A DNA stretch of 62,897 nucleotides, filler included, from Globobulimina sp. (GCA_003354225.1; 48 parts of 48 records of this genome joined end to end with filler, not necessarily neighbours in it); one strand, 5' to 3'. Positions 24,956 to 37,910 are shown, counted from the whole stretch's first letter. The notes: generated by a model not told the origin, from the letters alone. Translations and numbers: made by a program.

Positions 24956-25789
24956 CTTTTAAATAATACTGTAGATAACATTGTAAATAAGGTAAATAAT
25001 GACATACTCGATGAAATATTTGTATTTTTAAACATTACGGATTATGTTTGTAATGTAATATTAGTTTGTAAGCAATGGAATGATATTAATCTGATAAATA
25101 AATCAAGTTTAATAAGGAAATTAATATATAATTCGTGTAAACATAAATTACAATATATTGAGTCAAATGGATTAGAGTCACAATGCACTGTTTATGATAT
25201 TATTCGTGAATATGAATTAAGTGCAGCATACACAGCAATTTATGACAAACATAACATAAAAAATACACCAAAGTCCTCAGATTATTTTATTTCTATCAAA
25301 TTGCCGACATATCCATTATACTTTGATTTACCTATTGATCTGAGAAAAACATTAAGTTATAAATATTTGTTTCATTACATTTATGTAATTCATTTTGGGA
25401 AATACAGCGAAAATAATTGTCTTAATTTATGTTCATTATTATTACGATTGGCACTTAGCGGCGGTACGTTATGTGTTGGATTTATGTTAGATTTATTTTT
25501 TGAGAAATATTTAGCAAAAAATAACTTGAAATCGGAACCCTGGCTTGATTTTCTACTAATATTTTCAAGCTATGTTCAATTGTGGCCAAAACTTATGAAA
25601 AATAAAGAAATGTGGGTTATTCTTCAAAATTTGTATCATTTTGTAAATACAGGTGAGAGATCTCTAAATTTATGGCAATCACAATACAAACCTTGGATTA
25701 GATGGGCCGAAAATCGCATGGAATATTGCAGTGTGCTATTAAACAAGAAAGCACATTACTTTTATTATATTCTCAAATCCTTAGAATAA
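24956..25789 (+). CDS. F-box-like protein (frame open upstream of the track ORF)
   Basis: NNDILDEIFVFLNITDYVCNVILVCKQWNDI is an F-box signature and is continuous in frame with the ORF at 25301. Confidence 0.7.
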   Translation, partial: LLNNTVDNIVNKVNNDILDEIFVFLNITDYVCNVILVCKQWNDINLINKSSLIRKLIYNSCKHKLQYIESNGLESQCTVYDIIREYELSAAYTAIYDKHNIKNTPKSSDYFISIKLPTYPLYFDLPIDLRKTLSYKYLFHYIYVIHFGKYSENNCLNLCSLLLRLALSGGTLCVGFMLDLFFEKYLAKNNLKSEPWLDFLLIFSSYVQLWPKLMKNKEMWVILQNLYHFVNTGERSLNLWQSQYKPWIRWAENRMEYCSVLLNKKAHYFYYILKSLE

Positions 25790-25870
25790 CTTTTTGTTAC
25801 ATTTATTTTATTAATCTTACTACTATATACTGGCTAGTAACAAAAACTTTCTCTGACTCAGACCTTGCCC

Positions 25871-26166
25871 ATGGCCTCAACAATACTACTCATCACCGTA
25901 ATGTCAATTGCTTTCTACATCGTACATCCTGAAATGATACATTGCAATGGCGACTGTACGTGCACCACAGGACCGCCAGCAGACGAACAATGCACATTAA
26001 AGTTAAACCAAAATACAAATACAAATGACGTTACCAACAACAAACCAATTTAAAATAATTTTAAACCTATATATAATATCACAGTTGCGCCACGCCAGAT
26101 AGCTGCAGGTCAAGCACCTTAACCTGTGCCAGAGGCCGAGCGTGCACCATACTATGCACAGACAGC
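25871..26166 (+). CDS. Secreted Cys-rich protein, 5' exons
   Basis: Signal-peptide-like MASTILLITVMSIAFYIV, then CNGDCTCTTG..C. A probable intron leads to a further Cys-rich exon. Confidence 0.45.
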
Positions 26167-26267
26167 NNNNNNNNNNNNNNNNNNNNNNNNNNNNNNNNNN
26201 NNNNNNNNNNTTAATTAATTAANNNNNNNNNNNNNNNNNNNNNNNNNNNNNNNNNNNNNNNNNNNNT

Positions 26268-26540
26268 GACGAGCCAATGGCAAGTATTGATCCGGAAGTT
26301 GAAGAAGCGCTGTTCGAAATCCTTCAGGAACTCAATAAACGTATGACCATTCTGCTGGTTTCTCATGACCTGGGATTTGTATCCCAGGTGGTAAAAAGTG
26401 TCATCTGTGTCAATCGATGTGTTGTGGTCCATCCTACAAGTGAAATTAACGGTGCTCTCATAAAGGATATCTATGGCGCGGATATGTGCATGATCCGCCA
26501 TGATCATCGATGCAGTGAAGGAGGTCACCAGCATGGTTGA
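26268..26540 (+). CDS. znuC: Bacterial Zn/Mn ABC transporter ATPase, C-terminus
   Basis: DEPMASID (Walker B/D-loop), LVSHDL (H-loop) and a His-rich tail. Confidence 0.9.
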   Translation, partial: DEPMASIDPEVEEALFEILQELNKRMTILLVSHDLGFVSQVVKSVICVNRCVVVHPTSEINGALIKDIYGADMCMIRHDHRCSEGGHQHG

Positions 26541-27393
26541 ATTTATCCATGCCCTTCTGGACCCGGACAATGATTTTCTTCGCCTTGCGTTTTATGTTTC
26601 CATGCTTGCCAGTATATCATTCGGCATCATCGGCACATACGTGGTTACACGCCGAATCAGTTACCTTGCCGGCGCAATTTCCCATTGTGTATTTGGTGGA
26701 ATCGGTGCCGCACTGTATCTCCAGAAAAAAGTCGGAATTGAATGGTTTGACCCCATGTATGGTGCCGTAATTTCTGCAATCCTTGCCGCTGTCATTATCG
26801 GGATGGTCAGTCTGTATGCACAACAGCGGGAGGATACGGTCATTGGCGCACTCTGGGCAGTGGGCATGGCAACCGGTCTTCTGTTTATTGACATCACCCC
26901 TGGATATTTCGATATATCAAGTTATCTCTTTGGCGACATTTTGCTGATTTCCCGTGGTGATCTCTGGCTGGTGTTGATCCTGGATATTTTTGTTGTTGTG
27001 CTTTCCGTCTATTTTTATAATACGTTTTTAGCTGTTTGTTTTGATGATGAGTTTGCCGGTCTTCGCGGTATTCACTCGGGTGCATTTTATATCCTTCTGC
27101 TATGCCTGACCGCTTTAACAGTCGTTTTGCTGGTGCGTGTGGTTGGAATTGTTATGGTCATAGCACTTCTGACCATACCGGCTGCCGTGGCCGGCCAGTT
27201 TGCCAAAAGGCTCTGGCATATGATGGTGGTTGCTGTTGTCCTGTGCATGATATTTAACTGTGCAGGCCTTGCCATCAGCTATTCCTTTACGCTTTCAAGC
27301 GGACCGACAATCATTGTAGTTGCAGGTTTAACCTATATGACCGTTCTCCTGTTCATGCGAATATATAAAAGAGCGAACAAAAATATCAGGTGA
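26533..27393 (+). CDS. znuB: Bacterial Zn/Mn ABC transporter permease
   Basis: GGAGG RBS and overlap with the znuC stop. GTYVVTRRISYLAGAISH, SSYLFGDILLI, FDDEFA..RG, VVGIVMVIALLTIPAA and SGPTI. Confidence 0.93.
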   Translation: MVEFIHALLDPDNDFLRLAFYVSMLASISFGIIGTYVVTRRISYLAGAISHCVFGGIGAALYLQKKVGIEWFDPMYGAVISAILAAVIIGMVSLYAQQREDTVIGALWAVGMATGLLFIDITPGYFDISSYLFGDILLISRGDLWLVLILDIFVVVLSVYFYNTFLAVCFDDEFAGLRGIHSGAFYILLLCLTALTVVLLVRVVGIVMVIALLTIPAAVAGQFAKRLWHMMVVAVVLCMIFNCAGLAISYSFTLSSGPTIIVVAGLTYMTVLLFMRIYKRANKNIR

Positions 27394-27625
27394 TCCCTTT
27401 TAAAAAGACCATGACACACATGTTAAACCAGAAACAATCACCTGGAATTATAATTGGCTAGTAAAAAAACAAATTGCTANNNNNNNNNNNNNNNNNNNNN
27501 NNNNNNNNNNNNNNNNNNNNNNNTTAATTAATTAANNNNNNNNNNNNNNNNNNNNNNNNNNNNNNNNNNNNNNNNNNNNAACACTATTATAAATTTATAC
27601 ATAAAGTAGTACTTCAAAAAAAACC

Positions 27626-28606
27626 ATGGCAATGAAAACAGCGGAAACAGCGGAAGCAGCGAAAGCAGCGGAAAGAGCGAAAAAAGTTGGAACTGTGGTG
27701 TTTCCGGGCGATACATTTACACCAAAGCAAGCACATGGAATGACGGGTAAAACCAGAATAGGAATTGGGCTCACACCTACATTCATTAAAGGAGTATGTC
27801 TCTATAACGCCTGCAATAAAAAGCAACACATTGAAAAACGTTAACAGGATGAAAACACGTCGCAAGAAGCAATTCTTGTCACAAGAGCAGGTGTTCTCAA
27901 ATCCAAATATGAGCGCCCACCAAAACTATGGGTCAACAACAGACAACGTAGAGTTTAGTGAATTGCATTTACTTTAATTACATGTATTGATTAAAATTAT
28001 GCGCAGTACATTCCATATTCGGAGGATCGTGTGATTGGAATTATAACTCGTCGGACAGCCTATTATTACGAAGTTGAAATAAAAGGGCCACGCAAAGGTT
28101 TATTGGGCACATTGGAATTTGAAGGAGCTACGAAACGGAATAAACCGGATGTAAATGTCGGAGACATTGTGTTTTGCAGAGTGTCCGTCTCAAACCGCGA
28201 CATGCAGCCAATACTAAGTTGCAAGTCACCCGCTTTTAACAAGTCGTGGGTGTCCGGGGAAGCATTGTTCATGCAATTAAAAGGTGGCTTTGTGTTCGAA
28301 ACGTCGTTGAATTGGACTCATCGATTAAATCGTATACAATCGCCACATTTAGAATTCTTAGCTAGACTGTTCCCCTTTGAATTGGCCATTGGTGTAAATG
28401 GAAGGATTTGGTGCAAAACAGCCACTGTAAAACACACACTTTTATTGTCAAACATCCTCAAAAATGGTGAACATTGCAATATTATACAATTTGAACTGAT
28501 GGCGCACACTTTGTTGAAAAAATATGGAATGAGCACAAGTCGAGTGACTCAACAAAAGAAAGCAAGGTCACATTTTGACAAAAATATGAACCGACGGTTG
28601 AATTGA
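27626..28606 (+). CDS. RRP40: Exosome component RRP40/EXOSC3 (introns 27794-27847 and 27953-28006)
   Basis: VVFPGD, IGIGL, TRAGVL, RR|YIP..DRVIGII, FEGATKRNKP and FELAIGVNGRIW. Both introns preserve frame. Confidence 0.93.
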
Positions 28607-28892
28607 GTGCAAGGATAAAATTTGACATTAATTGAAATTATTCAAATTCCTCATCGTCAACATTCCATCGAACTTGTTTTGGATCAATGTTAAAATACTG
28701 CAATAAGTTAGGAACAGTGGCGTTGGGCTCATTTTTGCCATCGATTATGGTTTGAATAATTTCCTGTGTGGCTACTGTCCATTTTTCAGTCANNNNNNNN
28801 NNNNNNNNNNNNNNNNNNNNNNNNNNNNNNNNNNNNTTAATTAATTAANNNNNNNNNNNNNNNNNNNNNNNNNNNNNNNNNNNNNNNNNNNN

Positions 28893-29624
28893 GGTGCCTT
28901 TGAATATCAAGGACAAAAATGCAGTGCCACGAGCAGAATGTATGTGGCTAAATCGATTTGGAATGAATTGAAATCGCGCTTAATCGAAGAGACCTTAAAA
29001 ATAAAGGTTTGAGTCCTTCCATTTTATATAGCTGTTGATATATTATATGAATTAAAATAGGTTGGCGAAGCAGATGATTTTGAGAGTTTTATGACAGCGG
29101 TAATCGATGAAAGTTCATTTAAAAACATTCAGAGATATATAGCCGGAGCAGCAGCAGATAGCTCATGTAACATATTAGTTGGCGGCGGTTGTGATGACTC
29201 AAAAGGATACTTTATTGACCCCACAATCATTGAAACGAGCGATGCTTCCTCGACCACGATGTGTGAGGAGATATTTGGACCGGTCCTAACCGTAACGGTT
29301 TATGATGATAATAAGTTCGATGACATTTTAGAATTATGCGATGCGACGAGTGAGTATGCCTTAACTGGCAGCATATTCGCGCAAGATCGAGGGGTCATTG
29401 CTAAGAGTAGCCAGCAATTGCGGCATTGTGCGGGTAATTTCTATATCAATGATAAATCGACGGGGAGTGTGGTTGGACAACAGCCGTTTGGTGGTGCTCG
29501 AGCCTCGGGTACCAATGATAAGGCCGGATTTATGACCATTTATAATAGATTTTGTTCTGTTCGGAGTATTAAAGAAAGTATGTTGCCGCAAAGGACATGG
29601 ACTTATCCGTCTATGCAGAAATAA
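28893..29624 (+). CDS. ALDH4A1: Delta-1-pyrroline-5-carboxylate dehydrogenase, C-terminal part (intron 29007-29060)
   Basis: AFEYQGQKCSA, EEIFGPV, YALTGSIFAQD and GNFYINDKSTGSVVGQQPFGGARASGTNDKAG. Confidence 0.96.
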
Positions 29625-30519
29625 ATAATATTCAAGCACAAAAGGCATAGATTTAATTGATTGTTTGTTTGTATATATTTTGTTTTGCATTTTGCTCAGG
29701 CGGAACATGCTTGTGCTTCAGTTGCGTATCGTTGCTGCCTGAAATCAAAGTAGCCATTTTGCTGTCAACCATGGCTTCTTTGTTATTCATCAATTATTAT
29801 AATAGCAACACCAAAAAAACTAGTATCAACCCGCCGCACTCTTATGCGCTTTTCACGGAAAAACGTTTTCCACTCTTTTATTTGATTAAGATTGGTTGTA
29901 ATAGTTTTCAATCCAATTCCATTCACAAATTCTAATTGATGCGGCGATGTGATTCCTGAATCAAAAATGTTAAGAACTCGTAATGTATTGGGTACGTTTA
30001 CAAGTCTTGTTACATATTTGCATCTTTTCATAATAAAGTTAACTGGCATTCTAAGAGTAGAGTTACACGCATTGAAATCGATAACTCCTTGAATTGGATT
30101 ATCANNNNNNNNNNNNNNNNNNNNNNNNNNNNNNNNNNNNNNNNNNNNTTAATTAATTAANNNNNNNNNNNNNNNNNNNNNNNNNNNNNNNNNNNNNNNN
30201 NNNNTGCAAGGACTGCCTCCCCCACACTTGCTCCCTCCAACGTCAACGCAAATGCACCGCAAGCGAGCCACCAATACAACAGTACCACCATAATCAAATC
30301 TGACCAGAATTCCAATGAGAGTGACAAAAGCAACAAAGCGTTTTATGAATTAAAAAGTCAATTAAATCAAAAACAAGTCAACACGTCCTACACTCAGAAC
30401 GCTGGCACCATGGTATTATATACAAAAAAAAACAATGTACAGTACATAATATATATATACACACAAAACAAAAGGTCGCCAATCTAAGACCATGGCCTGG
30501 GCCTCGCAGCTCAGTCAAA

Positions 30520-31416
30520 ATGCGAGTTTCTGAAACAGACTCGTTTGACGTGGACCACTTTGATATCAACAAAGGTGCAGGCGATGTACTGCACGAATAT
30601 GGTCCGAGTGTACAAATACACGAAGTAACGCCCTCTGACCAACAATTTCCATCCGATGCTCTGATATTAACTCCAGACGCATTGCCCATAGACGCGTTGC
30701 CCAAACATATGCTATCGGATAGTGTAGAGTCGTTAGATCCGGATTTCATATTAGAACCGGCCTATTTTGAGAGCTCTGAGGTGTATAGCATGAGTCGACA
30801 GTCCTCGCGGGAACAGCAACATGATTATTCTGATGAGGAGGAGGAGCACAATGATATGGAACAGAAACAGCACATTAATAATAAGAGTTTGACCGCGTGG
30901 TCCATGCCTGGCGTCAGCATTGACCATACTGCAAGCATACAAATGTTGCAATCTATGCAGATGTTCGCTGCTGGCAAGATACCGGTGAACGGCAACAACG
31001 GCACTGGTGCTATTGGGCAATCTGTGCAGTACGATGCTATCGGCAACATCGGACAGTCTGTGCAGTACACTGCGGCGCCCGACAACATTGGACAATCGAT
31101 ACAGTACAACAACACCGCGCCAAAACCAGACGTCGGCAAATCGGTACAGATGGCAGCCGCTGCGAGTATGGGCGGCGAACAATTTGTAATGTGGCAAATG
31201 CATGGCAGGAAATTGCAGAAAATGAGCCATAAAGATCTAGTGAAATGGCTGACGGACAGCGGCTTTGATGCGGAGACTTTAGCTCATTTTACAAAGTATA
31301 AGATTGATGGGAGGAAGTTGTGGAAAAATATCCGAAACGCGTCCATGTTTTTGTATAATGTGGGTGTGGTCCGACCGACTTTGCGCGATGCCATTGTGCA
31401 GAATATTTATTTGGCA
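30520..31416 (+). CDS. Hypothetical protein with IGQSVQY repeats and C-terminal SAM-like domain, partial
   Basis: Four [IV]G[QK]S[VI]Q[YM] units, then MSHKDLVKWL..F.KYKIDGRKL..VGV..LRDAIV. Confidence 0.6.
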
Positions 31417-32829
31417 NNNNNNNNNNNNNNNNNNNNNNNNNNNNNNNNNNNNNNNNNNNNTTAATTAATTAANNNNNNNNNNNNNNNNNNNNNNNNNNNN
31501 NNNNNNNNNNNNNNNNAAAAAAACAGCAATGAAAAGAGTTAAAAGACAGAAATACGAGAATGTTTAGTCGCGAATAAAAAATGAATTAATAAAAGATCGG
31601 GAAAGAAATATGTATATTCAAAATGAGAAAGAAATACTAATGAGAGATATTGCAAAATATGGTTTGGATGAACATAAAAATGATGAATATTATGAAGAAT
31701 GGAAAGCGAAATTTGGATACAATCGATTATCAAAAGACGACATTACAAAACCTTCAGCAATATCTGTTGCGGACGCAATGATGAAATCCGATATTATGAC
31801 CGCAATTAATCCATCTTTCAACACGCAAATGCAACCGGTACCGATATTAATTACAGAGAATGAGGATATAAAAACAAATGATTCAATGAATTTTTTAACT
31901 GATTTAAGGGAATGGGCTACATCTTTAACTACATTGACATCAAATGAAGTGAGTATTAGTGAGTAATTGACGTTTCTTTTTTTTTTCCTATTTAAATTTA
32001 ATAAAACTACTTTGATTATAATATACTTAAAAATAATTTATTGTGCTGTAAATCTCCGAACCATACTCAAGTCCTGATTGAAGTTTTATTAATACGATCA
32101 TTTCGAAAATTAAAGACTTCACAACTGTCTTTGTCCAGCCTTTGTCAATGCTTTAAACTCTACAACAATCTACAAAGCATTTTCTGAATAGAGCCAATAT
32201 CTACAAATAATCAATGATGTCTACAACATTCATATTCAGTTAATTAGCTTTAGATTATTATGTTATTAACATTTATCTATCATCATTTACATATATAGTG
32301 AATATCATCATTCCTTGGTTCATTATCAAAACAGCAAAAGGTTAATATATTTACGCGTACGCGTTTAATTATAAAAAATAGTAATACCGGTCATGGAAAA
32401 AATGATTTCAGTATATTCTATATATAAAAAATGTTTGCATGACATTCTACAGTGCGATAATCTCTTATGTATAAAAATATAATCTCTTGTGTATAATTTT
32501 ATATTACATTTTCTGCACTTTTATATATTTACGGTCTTTTATACAGGACAATGTGCAACATATTGTCCAGATTGCACAGAATCAACAGGTGCGGATTGTC
32601 TCGGAAGCACAGGTGAAGGAATGGGATGCATTTGGTTGGGTTCCGGTGCCTGCAGAACATTAGTTCCTTGCACTGACACTCGATGCAATACAAACAATAA
32701 ATGTAGATGTAAACTCACCGGAAGTAGCNNNNNNNNNNNNNNNNNNNNNNNNNNNNNNNNNNNNNNNNNNNNTTAATTAATTAANNNNNNNNNNNNNNNN
32801 NNNNNNNNNNNNNNNNNNNNNNNNNNNNC

Positions 32830-33951
32830 CGACAGACAAAAGAGCTTCGAGTCCAGGCAGAAATCAAAGGTGACTTTAATCACGTCAACTGCATGGAAAT
32901 GGAACAACGTTTTGATTCCTTAATGCAACAATTAAATGTCCAGGTATCCCATAAAGCGACTGGCTATATCCATGCCTGTCAAAATACAGTTCTTTATGGA
33001 ATATTATTTGATTTAAAACATAAAACAGTGGGTATTCCACCAATCAAATATAAAAACTTCAAACAATTAATATTATATACAATGAAATATCGCGTAATTA
33101 CAGGAGCAGCATTGGAGTCCCTCTGTGGAACAATTATGCATTGGGCACAATTGAAGCAAACAACAAAAGCTTTGTGCTGGAATCTCCTACAATTCATCTA
33201 TGAAAATATACGTTCAGGCAGATATCCGAAAAACCACCATTTTATATTGCCACTTTCAATAATTAATGACTTACATTATTGGTACTTTTTTGCTGATCAA
33301 ATACAAAATGTACCAATGAATGAAATAATAATGTCCATAAATACTGATATTTCAGCCTCAACGGACGCATCGTCAAAACAGGGCGGCTTTGTCATTGGTG
33401 GTTATTGGTCGTCTTACTATTTCAATAAAAAACATACCGAACAATGGCATATCAATCAAAAAGAAGCACATGTTATACTTTCGGCGTTATATACTTTTAG
33501 ATATTATCTGTCAGGAAAAAGAATTCATTTATTTGTCGACAATGAATCCTGTTTCTATGCCGTCAAAAACAAATGGTCCTCGTCCTTCAATCTCATGCTA
33601 TTTATTTACGAATTATGTAATTTAATGCTCGAATACAAATTCATCGCATGGATAGATTGGATCCCTTCCACAACCAATGGATTATCAGATGCCCTCTCAA
33701 GAAATGATTTGGCCAAATTCTGGCAAATAGTGAATGAATATAATCTCAATATGACCAAATTGGAGACAAAAACGCTATACTTCACCAATTTTAAATTTCT
33801 CAATCATCAAATATCAAACACAGATGATCCATTATTTGATCACAAATATGATGCCATTGAATATAACCAATTCATAGAATACTTACAAATACCATTACAA
33901 TTACGAGCAAAAACAGTCTATCCAAACTATGCCAACAATTTCAAACTCTAA
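32830..33951 (+). mobile_element. DIRS/Ngaro-type (tyrosine-recombinase) retrotransposon pol: RT C-terminus plus RNase H
   Basis: STDASSKQGG, WHINQKEAHVI, HLFVDNES and WIPSTTNGLSDALSR match the DIRS1-type RNase H motifs. Confidence 0.88.
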
Positions 33952-34140
33952 ATATAACTTTCAAATTAACACTTTATACCTTTATCTTCCTTTCAAAGTT
34001 GCCATTCTAATGAATTTTATCTTTACACTCACACAGTTTGNNNNNNNNNNNNNNNNNNNNNNNNNNNNNNNNNNNNNNNNNNNNTTAATTAATTAANNNN
34101 NNNNNNNNNNNNNNNNNNNNNNNNNNNNNNNNNNNNNNNN

Positions 34141-35352
34141 TGGTTGTTTTGCGTAGAGTTTGTGCGCGAAAAAGAAGTTCCTGAAAGGTTTGTAAATGCA
34201 ATCCGCCAAATGCGAGGCATAAATCATGCCAATATAGAATCCCTATCCACTGACTTCGAGGCTAGATATCCAATCCCAAATATATTCACTGTCAATATGC
34301 TAAATGGGAAGGGCAATGCCAAAGAGATCTGTTATTATCATCCGCCGTTTGAGTATATAAATAGCAGTCGATCCTCGGAATTACGATTAAAGCGACACTT
34401 ACATGACCTAAATTATCATGGTGCGCATGATGTGGCTTTTGCATTAGAGAGCTGTCTGCATAACTTTCCTCCTGTATTCATCCCGGAAGATTTGGTGGAT
34501 AATCACCACATATCCTCCAAGCAAATCCGTACCATACACACGCATACGCCGAATGAACGAGATCCAGATATATTTTTTAAATGTTTATTTTCTGAAATTA
34601 AGAGCAGTAATGGTCATAAAAACAGTGAAGAAAAAGATACTTTTTCCAATTTAATGATAGAAAATAGCTATGGCAATATCAATGAAGTGAATAGTAAGAA
34701 TATTGACAATATGGCCTTAGTTTGGCAGGCTTTGTTGTATTGTTCCAAGAATGAAGAATATCGGACTGATCGCAGTGTAGTCGTTGATGATGTCGATGTA
34801 AAAAATGTTGATCGCGACAATGAGATTCAAAAACAAAATGTGTTACCGGCATTAGAATTATTTTATAAATCATTAGATTGGGCTGGATCCAATGGACGCA
34901 AATTGAAACAAAAAAAGAATGGCAATACACATGCTGACCATGTGTGGATCAAACGTGTCAGTATACATCCTTTGCGATTGACGCTCAGTATTTGCGAGGA
35001 AGAGTCGACGCGAATGTTTAGATTCAAACAATATTCGCCGCCGATTGATTTTTGTCGTATTGAGTTTATGGATCACTTTGGAAATAGATCAATGCAGAAA
35101 GAACATTTTAAAATTGGTAATGTTGGCCGGTACCGAGCTTATAAGATATTGCAGTTTGGTTTGAATATTGCCGGCATTACGTATCAATTTTTGTTTTTTG
35201 GCAACAAACAAGTACGCGATGCCAAAGTGTGGATGAAAGCAGAGCTAATCAAAGGTTATGATGCGAACCGAGTGCGTGCGGATATTGCCAGGCTGTCGCA
35301 AGAAAGGAATATTGGTAAAAAGATGGATAGGTTTCATCTATTTATGAGTAAG
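34141..35352 (+). CDS. Eukaryotic (RNAi-type) RNA-dependent RNA polymerase, internal fragment
   Basis: KRVSIHPLRL..EESTRMFR..DFCRIEFMD..GLNIAGITYQFLFFGNKQVRD..W..K..R..LFMS follows the start of the cellular RdRP domain. The catalytic DxDGD lies beyond the contig. Confidence 0.8.
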
Positions 35353-35453
35353 NNNNNNNNNNNNNNNNNNNNNNNNNNNNNNNNNNNNNNNNNNNNTTAA
35401 TTAATTAANNNNNNNNNNNNNNNNNNNNNNNNNNNNNNNNNNNNNNNNNNNNC

Positions 35454-36664
35454 TATGTTATGGACCGAGATGAAGACGAACGAAACCGAGGTAAAACCGT
35501 AGAATGCGGCAAAGCCTATTTCCAAACCAAAAACTTTCGTTTCTCCATCATTGATGCACCAGGACATTTGCACTATGTTCCAAATATGATTATTGGTGCC
35601 ACCATGGCCGATGTGGCTATCTTAGTAATCTCTGGCCGCAGAGGCGAGTTTGAGGCAGGTTTTACGCGCGGCGGTCAAACCCGAGAACACGGATTAATTG
35701 CATTGACGTTGGGCATTTCGCGGGTCATCGTAGCTGTAAATAAAATGGATACAGTCCATTGGGATCAAGGCCGATATATTTTTATTAAAAACAAAATTAA
35801 TAAATTCTTATCCAAAGATATTGGATTTAAAAAGAAATATATTTCCTTTTTACCCATTTCTGGACAATTCAGCATTAATATCAATCAACGAATAGCGAAG
35901 ACAGTTTGCGGTTGGTATGATGGCAAAACATTACTTGAGACATTGGATTGTTTGAAACCAATCAAGCGGAAAATCAATGGCAAAGCCTTACGGATTCCAA
36001 TTGTTTGCAGATTTCGTGGTGATAAAGGATTAGAAGTAATGGCTATGATTCAATGCGGCAAGGTTGGAATTGGCGATATGGTGAAAATTATGCCTAGCAA
36101 TGTGGTTACAAAAGTAATGCATTTGCGAATTGAGGGCAATGACGAGAAATCCCAAGGGAGTATGGATGAAGTTGTGGCGGGCGAAAACGTGGTAATTCGC
36201 TTGGATAAGAATTTTGTGCGAATGGATTTGGTGTACAGTGGATGTGTATTGTGCTCAATGCATAACTCAACGGATGCGGTGCAAGAATTTATAGCAGAGA
36301 TTTATGTGCATGAAATACCGAAACATGGAGTGTTAAGCAAAGGGTATTCGGCAATGTTCCATTGTCATAATGTGTGTGTTTGCTGTGAGATTGTGGGTAT
36401 TAAGAAGAGTAAGAGCAGAAAGACGCCCTTTTTAAGGGAACATGATCGCGGTGTTGTTAAAATTCGATTGGCTGAGAAATGTTCGGTGGAAACGTTTGAA
36501 GAATGTCGAGTTTTGGGAAGGTTTATTGTTCGCGATCAGAATAAAACTGTTATTATCGGAAAAATAAAAGAGGTGTTTCCATTGGAATTATTCAATGAGA
36601 AGAAAAAAAGAAATAAAAGTAAATTTAAGAGAGGTGGGGAAAAGAAAAATGATAAAAATAATTA
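35454..36664 (+). CDS. eRF3/HBS1-family translational GTPase (closest to eRF3), partial
   Basis: ERNRGKTVECG, DAPGH..YVPNMI, ISGRRGEFEAGF..GGQTREH, NKMD and LGRFIVRD. Confidence 0.9.
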
Positions 36665-36882
36665 NNNNNNNNNNNNNNNNNNNNNNNNNNNNNNNNNNNN
36701 NNNNNNNNTTAATTAATTAANNNNNNNNNNNNNNNNNNNNNNNNNNNNNNNNNNNNNNNNNNNNTAATCGAGCTAGTTCATATGGTATTGAATATATGGA
36801 AATCCGCTGATTAGATTTAATTATATTGGTCAAAATGTATTCTAATGGACAAATACATGGAAGTACATACAAAAAATCTAAT

Positions 36883-37509
36883 TACGCGAACCATGTTTTT
36901 ACGCCAACATTTCGGTTCCATTCCAATGCATAAACACCACCACCTTTATTATTAAAAGGTATAGTTTAGATTTGGCTCAATAGAACATCCCGGATGGCCT
37001 CCTAAAATATTTATATTATTTACTTGTGATGAATAATCACAGGTTGTTGCATCAGGTGATGTATGTAAAGTGGTTTCATCATCATTTGATAAATTAATGC
37101 CTTCAATTAAATCCATTTCACCATTATTTGGTGGATTTATACCATAAAACCCTAGCGCAGGCCATGTGCCACAGCCTTGAGGCATATGCGAGATCTCAAA
37201 GATAAATAGTCCATCATTGTATGTTTTTATGGATGCAATTTCTAATGATGCTCTACCTTCTGAGCTCACAATATTTATATAATCGGTGCCCATATAAGCT
37301 GCAGTTGATGTGGTATTTATTAGTCCCATTGATTCCGCCATTGACTTATTTTGAAAATTAGAAAATGTGTTCTGTTGCCGATATGCACTGAAATTGAAAG
37401 CATCAAAAAATGTGTTTCCAACATATGAATCAATCAATTTATATTGTTGGCCAAATGTTATATCGAATACAGTTAAAGATGTTAAAAAAAAATCTATATA
37501 AAGTGCCAT
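36883..37509 (-). pseudogene. GH16 beta-glucanase (Lam16A-like), frameshifted
   Basis: Signal peptide, HMPQGCGTWPA, GEMDLIEG and TTLHT. The conserved FNNKGGGVYALEW motif follows in a different frame after the stop at 36952. Confidence 0.8.
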
Positions 37510-37858
37510 GGCCGATGCTACAGTTTTTGATTGATTATGAAATATGAATCTTCAAAATACTAAGAAATCAATATATGACACAAGAAAACATCGCAGCTAT
37601 TTTAATCATTCCATCCAGAATCCAGATGATTCCAATTTCACCTTACGACCTTTACAAAGACTAACAGCAAGTCTATATTCATCTGTTTTAATTTTCCGGA
37701 CACAAATTCCGTTATCTTTCCCATTTATTGTATATGATAGCGACTTTGTTTTAAGATCCAATACCATTTTCATTTTATCTTTATTTTCACCAAATGTATT
37801 ACTGCTGTGATATTTTTTCCTGCTTCCACAATCATTCGTAGTTGCGATGCCTCCAATG

Positions 37859-37910
37859 TACAGTAGTGTTCCCGATAAGAGGTACGCATATTAGTACTAA
37901 TATTATATAT
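37859..37910 (+). repeat. Dispersed repeat end TA|CAGTAGTGTTCCCGATAAGA (Tc1/mariner/pogo-like TIR), copy 1
   Basis: 22 nt are identical to 45118-45139 on another contig, with similarity continuing ~30 nt further. Confidence 0.7.

Noticed and set aside
32829..36664. DIRS, RdRP and eRF3 (plus Tudor and LINE elsewhere) as a clustered defence or retroelement system
   Set aside because: Each is on a separate contig, and adjacency reflects sorting by length only.
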